A stretch of 64,000 bases of DNA from Reclinomonas americana ATCC 50394 (lineage: Eukaryota): the NCBI GenBank assembly GCA_048213135.1, contig PS015010.1:868001-932000 (forward strand). The letters are read 5' to 3'. Position numbers and translations under genes: made by a program. The notes beneath the pieces were generated by a model, which had not been told where the DNA came from, did not search any database, and worked only from the letters and a program-made list of their open reading frames with translations. Below are positions 20,904-31,795 of this stretch, piece by piece; the first letter of the stretch is position 1, and each line of letters opens with the position of its first letter.

Positions 20904-22841
20904 TTACTTAAAAATAACCGTTCCCAACTTCTTCGTCAGTTCCACTTCCATCTGTTTCAGGTGCTGGTGGGTTTGCAGGAGTATCATCTGTTCTTCCGAT
21001 ACGGCTTTTTCCATATCCCGCTGGTTTTCGTCCATAAGTCTTTTGATCTTGCGCAGCTTCAGGTAATTCAGTGTAGAGAACACTTCTTCGCGGTACAGGT
21101 CTTCCCGGGTAGCGATATGTCCTTCAAAATGTTCTTTCCATTTAGGGCTGATCTCGTGGCCGAAATCCATGATCCTTACCACCAGGGCGCTCATCTGCAG
21201 GTCTTCATGGTAAAGAAAGTTCTTATCGGTAGGTTCAATGCCTGCATTATACCAGGTCCTGAAAGTCTCGATAACACGGATGAGTTCCCGGTTATCGAAA
21301 AGTTCATCCAGGTGATTATCTTCTATCTCTTTAAAAAAATATTCCGCTACCGTTTGGTCGGGCGTCCATTCTTTATTTCCAAATTCAAGCAGGCTTCTTA
21401 CCATGGCCTGTTCGTGCATCTCATCCTTGTTAAAAAGAGAGATGGTTTCCGCATCAATCCCGCTTTCCTGTTCAGCAGGTAAGGGGGCCGATTGCAGGTC
21501 GCGTTCGGCGCGGTTTTCCTGCTTCACTATTTTCTCGCGGATGAATTTATTCACCAGCGCGTGCAGGCCTCCTTCTTCAATCTTCAGCAGTTCGGCGGAT
21601 TGTTTGATGTAATCCTGCTGCCGCGTAAAATCCTCGGCTTTGTTGATCTTGGAGATTGTTTCGGCGACCTGGTTAACGATGGCTGATTTTTTTACACTAT
21701 CGTTACCGGCATCTTTTAATGCAATACCCAGCTGAAAAAGGATGACATCCTTTTTATTACCGGCGATGAAGTCGTTGAAGGCCGCGGAACCTACTTTATT
21801 CACGTAACTGTCGGGGTCGTCGCCGTCGGGAATGAGTACCAGGTTTACGTTCAGCCCTTCTTCGAGCGCAAGGTCAAGCCCGCGTAAAGCCGCTTTGATA
21901 CCGGCATTATCACCGTCATAAATGATGGTGAGGTTATTTGTATATTTTTTGATGAGCCGGAGCTGGTCGGGGGTAAGCGACGTACCGCCACTGGCCACCA
22001 CATTCTCTATTCCTGCCTGGTGCAGGCTCACCACGTCGGTATATCCTTCCACCAGCAGGCATTCATCGGCTTTATCGATCGCCTGCCGGGCAAAATAGGA
22101 GCCGTAGAGTATCTTGCTTTTTACATAGATATCATTCTCCGGCGTATTGATGTATTTGGGGGCCTTGTCGTTCTTTTTGATGATACGGGCGCCAAACCCC
22201 AGCACTTTTCCGCTCTGGTTATGTACCGGGAAAATGATACGGCCGCGGTAATTGTCGTAGGCGTTACCGTCACGAACGTTCACCAGTCCTGTCTTTTGCA
22301 GGTATTCCAGGTTGTACTGCGCAGCCAGTGCCGCTTTGGTAAAACTGTCTCTTTCCTCCGGGTTGAAGCCCAGCTGGAATTTGCGGATGATGTCATCGCG
22401 GAAGCCCCTTTCATGGAGGTAGCTCAGTGCTATATCCTGGCCGTCATCGCTGTTGAAAAGAACGTTGGTGAAATATTGCTGTGCAAACTGGTTAATGATG
22501 TAAAGGCTGTCGGCTACCTGCTGCTGCTGTTTATATTCGGGGCTGGTCTCCGTTTCTTCGATCTCTACATTGTACTTGGCCGCCAGCCAGCGCAGGGCTT
22601 CCACGTAGCTGTATTTCTCCGCTTCCATAAGAAAGCTGATGCTGTTGCCGCTGCGGCCGCAACCGAAGCATTTATAAATCTCCTTACTCGGCGATACGGT
22701 GAAAGAAGGCGTTTTTTCATTGTGAAAAGGGCAGAGGCCGAGGTAATTGGCGCCCCTCTTTTTCAGCTTGATGAATGAGCCTACGATTTCTACAATATCT
22801 ATCCGGCTGAGAATCTGTTGTATGGTATTTTGCGAGATCAA
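20904..22841 (-). CDS. dnaG: DNA primase
   Basis: CPFHNEKTPSF...CFGC zinc finger, KYINTPE, VEGYTD, YDGDNAG, DPDS. Confidence 0.98.
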   Translation of the reverse strand: MISQNTIQQILSRIDIVEIVGSFIKLKKRGANYLGLCPFHNEKTPSFTVSPSKEIYKCFGCGRSGNSISFLMEAEKYSYVEALRWLAAKYNVEIEETETSPEYKQQQQVADSLYIINQFAQQYFTNVLFNSDDGQDIALSYLHERGFRDDIIRKFQLGFNPEERDSFTKAALAAQYNLEYLQKTGLVNVRDGNAYDNYRGRIIFPVHNQSGKVLGFGARIIKKNDKAPKYINTPENDIYVKSKILYGSYFARQAIDKADECLLVEGYTDVVSLHQAGIENVVASGGTSLTPDQLRLIKKYTNNLTIIYDGDNAGIKAALRGLDLALEEGLNVNLVLIPDGDDPDSYVNKVGSAAFNDFIAGNKKDVILFQLGIALKDAGNDSVKKSAIVNQVAETISKINKAEDFTRQQDYIKQSAELLKIEEGGLHALVNKFIREKIVKQENRAERDLQSAPLPAEQESGIDAETISLFNKDEMHEQAMVRSLLEFGNKEWTPDQTVAEYFFKEIEDNHLDELFDNRELIRVIETFRTWYNAGIEPTDKNFLYHEDLQMSALVVRIMDFGHEISPKWKEHFEGHIATREDLYREEVFSTLNYLKLRKIKRLMDENQRDMEKAVSEEQMILLQTHQHLKQMEVELTKKLGTVIFK

Positions 22842-23010
22842 TGGCTGCGAAAATGAAGCCGTAATTTACAAACTATGCGGCAAATAGCGGCACAGGACAC
22901 AGGCTGACGGAAGACAGAAAGGGCAAATATGGCACGGTTTATGAAAAACAGGGCGGGATGTCATCTTCTTTCGATAAGTAGACTATCTTTAACGTTCTAA
23001 AAGCTCTCTA

Positions 23011-24285
23011 ATGAAAAAAATTTGTTTTCTTCTTTTACTGGCTACCGGAGCCATGCTGGCACAGGGCCAGGACCTTGATGAAGTTAAAAAATTCGTGCTG
23101 TTAAAGCAGTACGTGAAGGGTAAGGATGCCGTGGACAAGTTCCTGGCCAATCCTGCCAATGCCGCCAAACCCGAAGGCTGGTATTACAAAGCATTCCTGT
23201 ACAATGTACAGTCACGCGACACCAGTAAAACAGTGGCACAGAACAGCGCCAATAATGGAACTGCCTACGAAGCCATAAAAAAATACAGGCAGATCGATCC
23301 CAAGGCCCCGCTCACCAACGACGAAGAAAATACCACTGTATATAATGTATACTACAGCTATTACGACCTTGCCATAAAAGCGTTCAGCTCTAAAAGTTAT
23401 GAAGAGTCGTACAATAATTTCAGCAAAGCGCTGGATGTACACGACTACATCTACACCAATAAACTCAATGGCCCCAATGGTCTTCATTTTGCGCAGCACG
23501 ATACCGATGTGGTATGGAACCTGGTGCTGCTGGGCAATGAACTGAAAAAGGAGAATGAAGTGGCCGGTTATTTCAAACGTATCGCCGACCAGGATCTTGC
23601 TGACGAAAAATACCTGGAAGCGTATCAAACGCTGGCGCTGAATGCTAAAAATGCCAATAACGGCGCTGAATTTGCGAAGTACATCGAGAAAGGAAAAAAG
23701 CTCTATCCTAAAAACGATTTCTGGGAAGCTGCCGATATCGAAATGCAGATCAATGGCCTGGAAAAAGAACCGCTCTTTAAAAAATACGATGAACTGCTGG
23801 TAACCTATCCCAACAGCTACCAGGTGGCGTTTAACTATGGACTTGACCTGAGCAAATACATTGGTTCTGACGAAGGCGCTAAAAGCCCCAACCTGGCGGC
23901 CTACAAAGAAAAACTGCCACAGCTTTTCGCTAAAGCCATAGCTATTAAATCAACACCGGAAGCCAACATGGTACTGGCTAATATATATTACAACGGTTAC
24001 TTTGACCTGGGTGATGAAGCCCGCGCTATTAAAGGCACCAAACCGGAAGACACCAAAAAGAAGCAGGCACTTAATGCCGCTGCCACCAACAGCATGAAAA
24101 GTGTGATAACGCCTGCAACTGAAGCGGCCCGCCTGTACACCACAAGCGGCCAGGAATTGAAAGGATCGGCCAAAACCAACCTGAAACTGGCGTACGAAAT
24201 GCTGGCAGCCGCTTACAAGCTCAATGGCGATGCTAAAAAAGCGGAAGAATATGAAGCATTGAAAACCGCGCTGGAAAAGAAATAA
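23011..24285 (+). CDS. Secreted TPR-like alpha-helical protein
   Basis: Signal peptide; Ala/Tyr/Lys-rich helical repeats. Confidence 0.75.
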   Translation: MKKICFLLLLATGAMLAQGQDLDEVKKFVLLKQYVKGKDAVDKFLANPANAAKPEGWYYKAFLYNVQSRDTSKTVAQNSANNGTAYEAIKKYRQIDPKAPLTNDEENTTVYNVYYSYYDLAIKAFSSKSYEESYNNFSKALDVHDYIYTNKLNGPNGLHFAQHDTDVVWNLVLLGNELKKENEVAGYFKRIADQDLADEKYLEAYQTLALNAKNANNGAEFAKYIEKGKKLYPKNDFWEAADIEMQINGLEKEPLFKKYDELLVTYPNSYQVAFNYGLDLSKYIGSDEGAKSPNLAAYKEKLPQLFAKAIAIKSTPEANMVLANIYYNGYFDLGDEARAIKGTKPEDTKKKQALNAAATNSMKSVITPATEAARLYTTSGQELKGSAKTNLKLAYEMLAAAYKLNGDAKKAEEYEALKTALEKK

Positions 24286-24309
24286 CAGCAACTGAACAAC
24301 ATACTGAAT

Positions 24310-24341
24310 AAAAAAGGCCGGGTACATCACCCGGCCTTTTT
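24310..24341. terminator. Bidirectional intrinsic terminator
   Basis: AAAAAAGGCCGGGT-ACATC-ACCCGGCCTTTTT between convergent genes. Confidence 0.9.
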
Positions 24342-24356
24342 GCTGAATCCTATTTT

Positions 24357-25217
24357 TTAACCGCCTACCCTGAACTCAACCCTGCCATTACCGGGCATGC
24401 CGTTCTGCATGTCTTTCATAGCCTTGATCTCGATATCTTTCGGCAGTTCAAATTCTTTGTCGGACACTTCTTTGTCGGTAACGATCTTAGTTACCTGCAC
24501 CGTCATTTTGCGACCGCGTCCCATATTGCGCTCATACTGGAGCGGGAAGCCGTTGATCTTATCCATACTGGCGGAAGATTGTGACATAAATCCTCCAAAC
24601 CCGCCGCCAATACCACCGGTATTACTTACGCCCTGTATTTTGAATTCAGGCGTGTACCAAACGATGGTAGTATCGGCCCGGCCGTTGCTTCTTTTGCCAA
24701 TGAGCAATGCTTTTTTACATTCATAACCCGCCACTTTTTTAGTTCCTTCTATTTCCACTACTTCTGTAGCAACCGGGCCATTGCTGATCATCATCCTGTT
24801 CGGACCATTACCGCCACGGCTCTGCATCATACTGTCCATTTGCTTGCGCATATTTTCCTGGTCCTCATCGGTAGCATAAAAACCGCTTTTGCGGCCCATC
24901 ATTTCCATAATGGTGGTGGTGATCTTTTTGCTGTTGTCTCGGATAACGGTACTGCGGCCCATATCGCTTTCAGAAAACGTTTTTACCAGGTCATTCTTAA
25001 CGGTAGTAGTGGTTTTGGTTTCGCCATCGCCGCCAAAACGAACGGTGCGCATTTCTTCCCCGTTACTGCTGGTAACGCTTTGCTGCGGTGCCCCTTCATC
25101 ATCGTCGGGAGACACAATGGTGGTTTTGGTAGTGATGGTTGCCTGGCTGATGGTCTTTGGCTGCGCCTGTATTACAGCGGGTACAGACAAAGCAAGTACA
25201 TAAATGATTTTTTTCAT
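24357..25217 (-). CDS. GLPGLI/DUF4412-like exported protein
   Basis: Signal peptide; TKKVAGYECKKA, VWYTPE, INGFPLQY. Confidence 0.75.
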   Translation of the reverse strand: MKKIIYVLALSVPAVIQAQPKTISQATITTKTTIVSPDDDEGAPQQSVTSSNGEEMRTVRFGGDGETKTTTTVKNDLVKTFSESDMGRSTVIRDNSKKITTTIMEMMGRKSGFYATDEDQENMRKQMDSMMQSRGGNGPNRMMISNGPVATEVVEIEGTKKVAGYECKKALLIGKRSNGRADTTIVWYTPEFKIQGVSNTGGIGGGFGGFMSQSSASMDKINGFPLQYERNMGRGRKMTVQVTKIVTDKEVSDKEFELPKDIEIKAMKDMQNGMPGNGRVEFRVGG

Positions 25218-25290
25218 GATAACATTGTTGAACGCCAAAAATACGAATTGGTTCGTAATAATTGACTTCATATCGATGACCGGGTTGTTT

Positions 25291-25545
25291 TTAACGACCG
25301 GCGGGCTTTACAGCCGCAGTTTTACGTATTGTTCTTTTGTGTTTGGCCTTTTTGGTTACCACCGGCGGTGTTTTTTTAACCGCGGTATCTTTGGGCTTGG
25401 AAGGCAGACCGAAATTGTCGCTGGTGGTCATAACCAGGGTATGGCTGCTGCCGCTGTGGCTGCGGTGAGCGATCTTCTTGGTTTGAGCGGCTAACTGCAG
25501 GGAGCAGGCTGCCAGGAAGAGCAGGATGACGATACTTCTTTTCAT
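25291..25545 (-). CDS. Small exported basic hypothetical protein
   Basis: MKRSIVILLFLAAC signal; AQTKKIAHRSHSGS. Confidence 0.6.
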   Translation of the reverse strand: MKRSIVILLFLAACSLQLAAQTKKIAHRSHSGSSHTLVMTTSDNFGLPSKPKDTAVKKTPPVVTKKAKHKRTIRKTAAVKPAGR

Positions 25546-25627
25546 AAGCGTATTTTTAACTAAGTTATCAGAATCCCGGGCAAACACCTGCTATATTTTG
25601 TTAATTTAACCAATCAAAAACATTTGC

Positions 25628-26866
25628 ATGCAGGAGAACGCCCAACAGCGGGACTGGACAGCAACAGAGCGGTGGTTATTCCGCTTCATCTTTTCGTGGG
25701 TGTTGATTTTTCTCTGTTCGTTCTCCTTTCCGCACCAGCTGGTACCTGATCCCGGAAAATGGCTTGCGCCGCTGTTTGAAAAAGTTGTGCGCTGGTTTGC
25801 TGATAATATACTTCACCTGCAACCGGGTTATACCACTGAACTGATTTCTGATTCCACCGGGTTGTACATTCACGCACTGCTGGTGCTGTTCTACGCATTG
25901 GTGATCACCATCGCTTGGTCGCTGGCCGATAGAAAAAGACGCAGCTATTACCAGTTGTATTATTGTTTTCATGTGTTTATCAGGTATTACCTGGCATTAC
26001 AGTTGTTGACGTATGGCTTTAGTAAACTGTTCCGCTGGCAGTTCTACCTGCCCGAGCCCAATACCCTGTTCACCAAAGTGGGGGATACTTATAAAGACCT
26101 GTTGTACTGGACCAGCATGGGCAGTTCGGGAGGTTACAGTATTTTCCTGGGCATTACCGAAGTGTTGGCAGCGCTGCTGTTACTGTGGCGGCGTACCAGC
26201 ATTGCCGGGGCTTTATTGTCGGTGGGCATTTGCATCAATATCGTGGCCGTGAATTTCGCTTTCGATGTTTCTGTGAAACTGTTTTCATTGGTGTTATTGT
26301 TACTGAGTGTGTTGCTGTTGTTGCCCGTTATTAGAACACTGTTCCGTTTTTTCTTCCTGCAGCAACAGGTACGTTTGCAGTTGCCGGCGTGGCCCATCAC
26401 CAGTGCAAAGCAACGATGGATGACATATGGCTTAAAAGTATTGCTCACTCTAACGCTGCTTGCCGATGCCCTGTACCCTTATATGAGCAGTGGTAATTAT
26501 AACGATGAAACCGCAGCCCGGCCATTGTTTCATGGCGCTTACCGGGTACAGGATACAGCTGCTGTTAATCCTTTTGCCTGGAAACGGGTATTCATTCACC
26601 GCCAGGGCTACCTGATCACAGAGAATGGGGAAGAGCAGATGAAAGATTATGAATTGAAATACGATACCTTTCAGCACCGGTTCCTGCTTAACGACTATGA
26701 ACAGCACAAAAATTATGTACTGTTGTATCGCGTTGCGGGCGACAGCACTTTATCCCTGGATGGCAGATGGGGAAGCGATTCGGTATCGGTCTTCTTAAGA
26801 CAGATTGATTTGTCAGCTTTGCCGTTGATGCAGCGGGAGTTTCACTGGACGATTGACAATTACTAA
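25628..26866 (+). CDS. Multi-pass membrane protein (DoxX-like)
   Basis: RYYLALQLLTYGFSKL..QF, LLYWTSMG, NFAFDVSVKLFS. Confidence 0.75.
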   Translation: MQENAQQRDWTATERWLFRFIFSWVLIFLCSFSFPHQLVPDPGKWLAPLFEKVVRWFADNILHLQPGYTTELISDSTGLYIHALLVLFYALVITIAWSLADRKRRSYYQLYYCFHVFIRYYLALQLLTYGFSKLFRWQFYLPEPNTLFTKVGDTYKDLLYWTSMGSSGGYSIFLGITEVLAALLLLWRRTSIAGALLSVGICINIVAVNFAFDVSVKLFSLVLLLLSVLLLLPVIRTLFRFFFLQQQVRLQLPAWPITSAKQRWMTYGLKVLLTLTLLADALYPYMSSGNYNDETAARPLFHGAYRVQDTAAVNPFAWKRVFIHRQGYLITENGEEQMKDYELKYDTFQHRFLLNDYEQHKNYVLLYRVAGDSTLSLDGRWGSDSVSVFLRQIDLSALPLMQREFHWTIDNY

Positions 26867-27701
26867 TTAGTAATTTGAATAACTGCCATGACCGCGAAGT
26901 GATCTGAAGGGTATTTTCCTTTGTAGCTGTCGGTGAGCACGCCCCATTTAACGGCGCGGAAGGGAGGGCTCACAAAAATATGGTCGATAATATCGGTACG
27001 GTTAAGGCTGCGACCATAATCATTGAAGGACCCGCCATTGGCATACGGATATTCCACCTGCGTGTACGTATCTTTTACGATTCCGGAATTGGCTACGAGT
27101 TGATAACACTCGGTTTCGTGGCCGCCATTCAGGTCCCCGGTAAAAATAACGGGGGCGGAGCCGGCAATGGTCTTTATTTTTTCAATAATGAGTTTGCTGC
27201 TTTCCACGCGGGCCACTTTACCCTGGTGATCGTAATGGGCATTGAATACATAGAATTTCTTTTTGTTTTTTTATCGCGGAGGTATACCCAGCTGCAGAGT
27301 CTTTTACAACAGGTGGCGTCCCAGCCCAATGTAGGCTGGTCGGGCGTTTGCGAGAGCCAGAAGTCACCGCTGTTCAGCAATTCAAAACGGTCTTTCTTAT
27401 ACAGGATGGCAGAGTGTTCGCCGCCGGTCTTTCCATCATCGCGGCCAACCCCATAGCGGGCATAGGCGGGAAGAGCAGTGGTAATATCATTCAGTTGGTT
27501 CTCCAGGGCTTCCTGTGTGCCAATGATGTCGAAGTCGTGAAAACGGATGAGGGCTACCAGGGGTACTTTTCGCTGTACCCACATATTACCAGAATCTGTT
27601 TTACTGTCGTACCGCAGGTTATAACTGCTCACTACCAGGTTTTGCGCCATTGCGGTGCCCGTACAAAGCAGCAGGGCCATCATCCATTTGATCTTGATCA
27701 T
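26863..27701 (-). pseudogene. Endonuclease/exonuclease/phosphatase family protein, frameshifted at an A-run near 27260 (probable sequencing error)
   Basis: SYNLRYD, IGTQE, GDFWLS in one frame; GDLN, IDHIF, YPSDH in another; adding one A gives KKKFYVFNAHYDHQG. Confidence 0.85.
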
Positions 27702-27788
27702 ATTTCCTGTTGGTTTAAAAAAGAAAGGATCGCTTTTCAACTTTATCAAAGTTACGAAGCGATCCTTTATTATGCTGAAGGTAACCGG

Positions 27789-28472
27789 TTAATAGCTGGG
27801 TATGCTGCCCGACCTGCTGCCGCCGGAATTATAGATGGTGATGTTGCCATCTTTATTGTCCTGTGCGCCGAGGAAGGAAATACGGTTCTCACTTCCGTTG
27901 TAAATACCTATACGTCCGCCTGCATTGGGTGTAGACAACCTGATCTGTTCCTTGTTGTTTTTTCCGCAGAGGGAGAAGTAGCCGCCACCGCCTTCAGTGA
28001 AGGTGATCCAGGCCAGTTTTTCACCATACTGATCGTTGATCTTCAGGTAACCGGAGTTGGCTGTAGTGCTGCCGGTTTCAAATATCTCTTTACGGTCGCC
28101 GTTAAAAAGCGCCATATAACCGCCACCATCGGTAGTGCGGGTCACTTTAAAGTTTACCTGTCCGTTGTTGTCGAACGTATTGATACCGCCGCCGCCGCCA
28201 TCGGAAGTGAAGAAGGATACCAGTTTTTTGCCGGAGGGGGTATAGCTGGTAAAGGCGCCGTTTCCATCCTCGGTAGACAAGTCAGCCAGCACATCGCCCC
28301 GGTTGTTCACTACCTGGAAACTCTTTGCCTGTATTTTGTCGGGAACTGCTGCTTTTTTCTCATTCGACATCAGTACAAAAGCCAGGCCCAGGCACAGCGT
28401 ACTTCCGAAGAGTATCCTGTAGGTACGTAAACTTTTTTCGAGTTTGCTGATGCGTTCATCTAAGGTTTGCAT
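27789..28472 (-). CDS. Hypothetical protein with N-terminal coil and TM, then Gly-rich beta repeats
   Basis: Repeated ~23-aa units such as DGGGG-I-xFxxxGK. Confidence 0.7.
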   Translation of the reverse strand: MQTLDERISKLEKSLRTYRILFGSTLCLGLAFVLMSNEKKAAVPDKIQAKSFQVVNNRGDVLADLSTEDGNGAFTSYTPSGKKLVSFFTSDGGGGGINTFDNNGQVNFKVTRTTDGGGYMALFNGDRKEIFETGSTTANSGYLKINDQYGEKLAWITFTEGGGGYFSLCGKNNKEQIRLSTPNAGGRIGIYNGSENRISFLGAQDNKDGNITIYNSGGSRSGSIPSY

Positions 28473-28748
28473 AAAAAATGGTTTAATGTTTAAGAGAGGT
28501 GGTTTGTACAACAAAAGAAATCAAAAAAAACCGTAAAAACCATAAGGGGAAGAAGGTATTTATCAGGAATGGGTTAAATCACCTCATTTTTAATTATCAG
28601 CTGCAAATGAATGGTTTATCCCGGATGGATAAGCGATCATGTAAAAATCAGCAAGCCGGCGCTTACCGCATGGGGTTTTATCATCGGGCTTAGCCGCTGA
28701 ACAAAAACGCCGGGAGCGTTGCTGTACTTTATTCTACTTTCGGCCTTT

Positions 28749-31181
28749 ATGAAAAGAATAGCCATTTTATTGATTGTCCTGTCCGGGTTACAGGCAGCGC
28801 TGAAAGCCCAGGGAACCGTTTCTTCACTTAACCTGTCTGTTGCGGATGATAAGGGAAAACCTGTTGAAGGTGCTACCATCAGCCTGTTCCGTTCGGGTGG
28901 TACGGTACTGGCGAAGACGGCCATCAGTGGGAATGCCGGTCTTGCTGTATTGGGCGGACTGGGTGCGGGTAAATATTATGTGCAGGTGAGCCATGCCGGT
29001 TTTGCCACTTATCGCAGTGGCGATTATACGTTGCCGTTACCATCCGCTGAAGCCATCAGGATCACCCTGGTGCCTGGCGCCGGAACCTTGCAGGGGATCA
29101 CGGTAACGGGTAAGAAACCGTTTGTTCAGCATGTAAAAGGAAAAGTGGTGGTCAACCCCGAAGCCTCGGTAACCAATACGGGTACCACGGTGCTGGAAGT
29201 GCTGGAAAAGTCGCCGGGTGTGCTGGTGGATAAGAATGGCGGCATCAGCCTGCAGGGTAAGTCGGGGGTGCTGGTGCTCATCGATGATAAACCTACCTAC
29301 CTGTCGGGAACAGAATTATCGAACCTGCTCAGCAGCATGAGTTCAACACAGGTAGAACAAATTGAACTGATGGCCAATCCGCCTGCCCGTTACGATGCCA
29401 GCGGCAATGCAGGTGTTATCAACATCAAAACCAAAAAGAATAAGCAAAAAGGCTTCAACGGTATACTTACACTCAGCGGCGGACAGGGTGTTTATTCGAA
29501 AAGCAATAACAGTCTTGTGCTCAATTACCGCCGGGGTAAATGGAACAGTTTCCTGAGCTACAGTATGAACTATAATAAATACTTCACTGATATTTATGCG
29601 TTGCGGAAATACTACGACGCCAATGGAAATGTCACTTCTATGCTCGATCAGCCTACTTATTATGCGGGCCGTGGTATCAACAATACGGTGCGGGCCGGGG
29701 TAGATTTTTATGCAGCAAAGAACACCACCATCGGTTTAACAGGCACCGGGGTGATCGTTAACCGCAAGGGTTGGGGAGAGGCGGATGCCACCTGGCTGAA
29801 TGCCGCCGGGGCCGTGGATTCCGCCATTGGCACCTACAGCACCAGCATGAACCGTTTTAAGAACGGGTCGCTGAACCTGAACCTGAAACAGGTGATTGGC
29901 AGCAAACAGGAATTGTCGGTGGATGTGGACTGGCTCAACTACGACATCAACAACAGCCAGGCGTTCAATAATAAACTGCTGGCGCCTGGTGGTTACCATG
30001 AGGCTTCTTCCGGCGATGTGCCTTCGGCCATACATATCATTTCCGGTAAAGCGGACCATGTGCTGAGATTGGGGAAGGAAGGCAAACTGGAATCGGGCTG
30101 GAAATCGTCGCACATCAGTACCGACAACCTGGCGGATTACCAGTTATACGATGGTATAACCTGGAGCCCCGATTACAACAAGAGCAATCACTTTTTATAT
30201 AAGGAGAACATTCACGCATTGTACAGCAGCATAGAACAGAAAATGGGGCGGTTCAGCATGCAGGCGGGATTGCGTTATGAGTACACCCAGTATGATGCCA
30301 ACCAACTGGGCAACACGGCCCGGAAGGATTCTTCTTTTTCCAGGGATTACAGCGGACTGTTTCCTTCGGGCTATGTAGCCTATATGCTGGATTCGTCCAA
30401 CACATTTACGCTCACTGCCGGGCGCCGCATCGACAGGCCTGCTTTTCAGAAGCTGAATCCTTTTGTGGTCATCATCAATAAATATACTTACCAAAGGGGC
30501 AACCCTTATTTTCTGCCGCAGTACAGCTGGAACCTGGAGCTGAGTCACCAGTATAAGCAATGGCTCACCAGCACGGTATCGTACAGCCTTATTAAAAATT
30601 ACTTTTCGCAGTTGTTCATTAATGAAGGAGGTGACATTCTTACGTATACCGAAGGTAATGTGGGCAAGATGTACAACCTGAGTGCATCCGTAGCCGTACA
30701 GGCGTCCCCGCTGAAATGGTGGTCGCTTACCGGCCAGGCCATTTTCAATTATAAAGAGTTGAAAGGGTACGATGGCAATACCAGTTACACTTCCACCATC
30801 AGCCAGTTCAATGTGAACATCAACAACCAGTTCAAATTCGCGAAAGTGTACACCGCGGAATTATCAGGTTTCTATACCGGCAGGGCCAGGAACGATCTGC
30901 AGGAAGTGCTGTACCCCACGGGGCAGGTGTCTGTGGGACTTTCCCGCCCGGTACTGAAAAAGAAAGGAACGCTCCGCGTGAGCATGCGTGATATTTTCTA
31001 TACCCAGGCCATGGAGGGACTTACCGACTTTGAAGGGGCTGAAGAATATTTTATACTGAAACGTGATACCCGTGTCTTCACCATCGGTTTTACCTATCGT
31101 TTTGGCAAGACCTTCAAAACATCGAGGCGGAATAACGGCGGGGCGGGAGATGAGATGCAGCGGGTGGGTAACGGCAATTAA
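28749..31181 (+). CDS. TonB-dependent receptor / outer-membrane beta-barrel protein
   Basis: CarboxypepD-like N-domain, LQGITVTG box, plug (PPARYDASGNAGVINIKTKK), RRIDRP, GNPYFLP, FTYRFG. Confidence 0.9.
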   Translation: MKRIAILLIVLSGLQAALKAQGTVSSLNLSVADDKGKPVEGATISLFRSGGTVLAKTAISGNAGLAVLGGLGAGKYYVQVSHAGFATYRSGDYTLPLPSAEAIRITLVPGAGTLQGITVTGKKPFVQHVKGKVVVNPEASVTNTGTTVLEVLEKSPGVLVDKNGGISLQGKSGVLVLIDDKPTYLSGTELSNLLSSMSSTQVEQIELMANPPARYDASGNAGVINIKTKKNKQKGFNGILTLSGGQGVYSKSNNSLVLNYRRGKWNSFLSYSMNYNKYFTDIYALRKYYDANGNVTSMLDQPTYYAGRGINNTVRAGVDFYAAKNTTIGLTGTGVIVNRKGWGEADATWLNAAGAVDSAIGTYSTSMNRFKNGSLNLNLKQVIGSKQELSVDVDWLNYDINNSQAFNNKLLAPGGYHEASSGDVPSAIHIISGKADHVLRLGKEGKLESGWKSSHISTDNLADYQLYDGITWSPDYNKSNHFLYKENIHALYSSIEQKMGRFSMQAGLRYEYTQYDANQLGNTARKDSSFSRDYSGLFPSGYVAYMLDSSNTFTLTAGRRIDRPAFQKLNPFVVIINKYTYQRGNPYFLPQYSWNLELSHQYKQWLTSTVSYSLIKNYFSQLFINEGGDILTYTEGNVGKMYNLSASVAVQASPLKWWSLTGQAIFNYKELKGYDGNTSYTSTISQFNVNINNQFKFAKVYTAELSGFYTGRARNDLQEVLYPTGQVSVGLSRPVLKKKGTLRVSMRDIFYTQAMEGLTDFEGAEEYFILKRDTRVFTIGFTYRFGKTFKTSRRNNGGAGDEMQRVGNGN

Positions 31182-31537
31182 GCGTTGTTCCTTTTCATAA
31201 CAATCCAGGTCCACAATGCCCCGCCCACGTCTATACAACCAAACAGGATCAATTTTACATTGGCCCAGCCTGCGAGTATGAACACCAAGAACCAGAACAT
31301 CACCAGCAGCCGCGAAACGATGGTGGCCATAAGGAATTTGGGGGAGTTGGTCTGCGACGCGTAGATATAATACAATGCTTTGTTAAACACGAGTACGCCT
31401 GCTACACGAAGCCACACTTCTTTGGTTTCTTCCAGTCCGAAAAGCAGCAGCAGCAGGTTCGGCATAAGAATGAGCACCAACCCCAGTATAATGAGGTAAT
31501 AACCAAAATAGAAAACAGTCTTGGATGCAGCAGTCAT
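31178..31537 (-). CDS. Small 4-TM membrane protein
   Basis: Four hydrophobic segments; start approximate. Confidence 0.65.
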   Translation of the reverse strand: MTAASKTVFYFGYYLIILGLVLILMPNLLLLLFGLEETKEVWLRVAGVLVFNKALYYIYASQTNSPKFLMATIVSRLLVMFWFLVFILAGWANVKLILFGCIDVGGALWTWIVMKRNNA

Positions 31538-31795
31538 GGTAACGGGGGGAATGTTTAATAGAATAGCCTTTAAATATAAATAAACTTTAAACAAGCTGCA
31601 AGTTTTAATTCTGCGTTGTATCAGCTTTTTTGTCATTCCAACGAGAGAGCCTGTCCCGATGAGGAACGATATCGGGAAGGAATCTATTTCTTTTGGTGAG
31701 AGATACCTTGTTACCTCGGTATGACGCAGTGAATGGATTCAAACTGGTGCATTACCAGAAATTGCCGGTTTTGTATTACATGTTACATTTGTATT

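Noticed and set aside
27240-27275. Programmed frameshift in the EEP-family gene
   Set aside because: A single missing A in an A-run in 454-like data; no supporting slippery-site structure seen.
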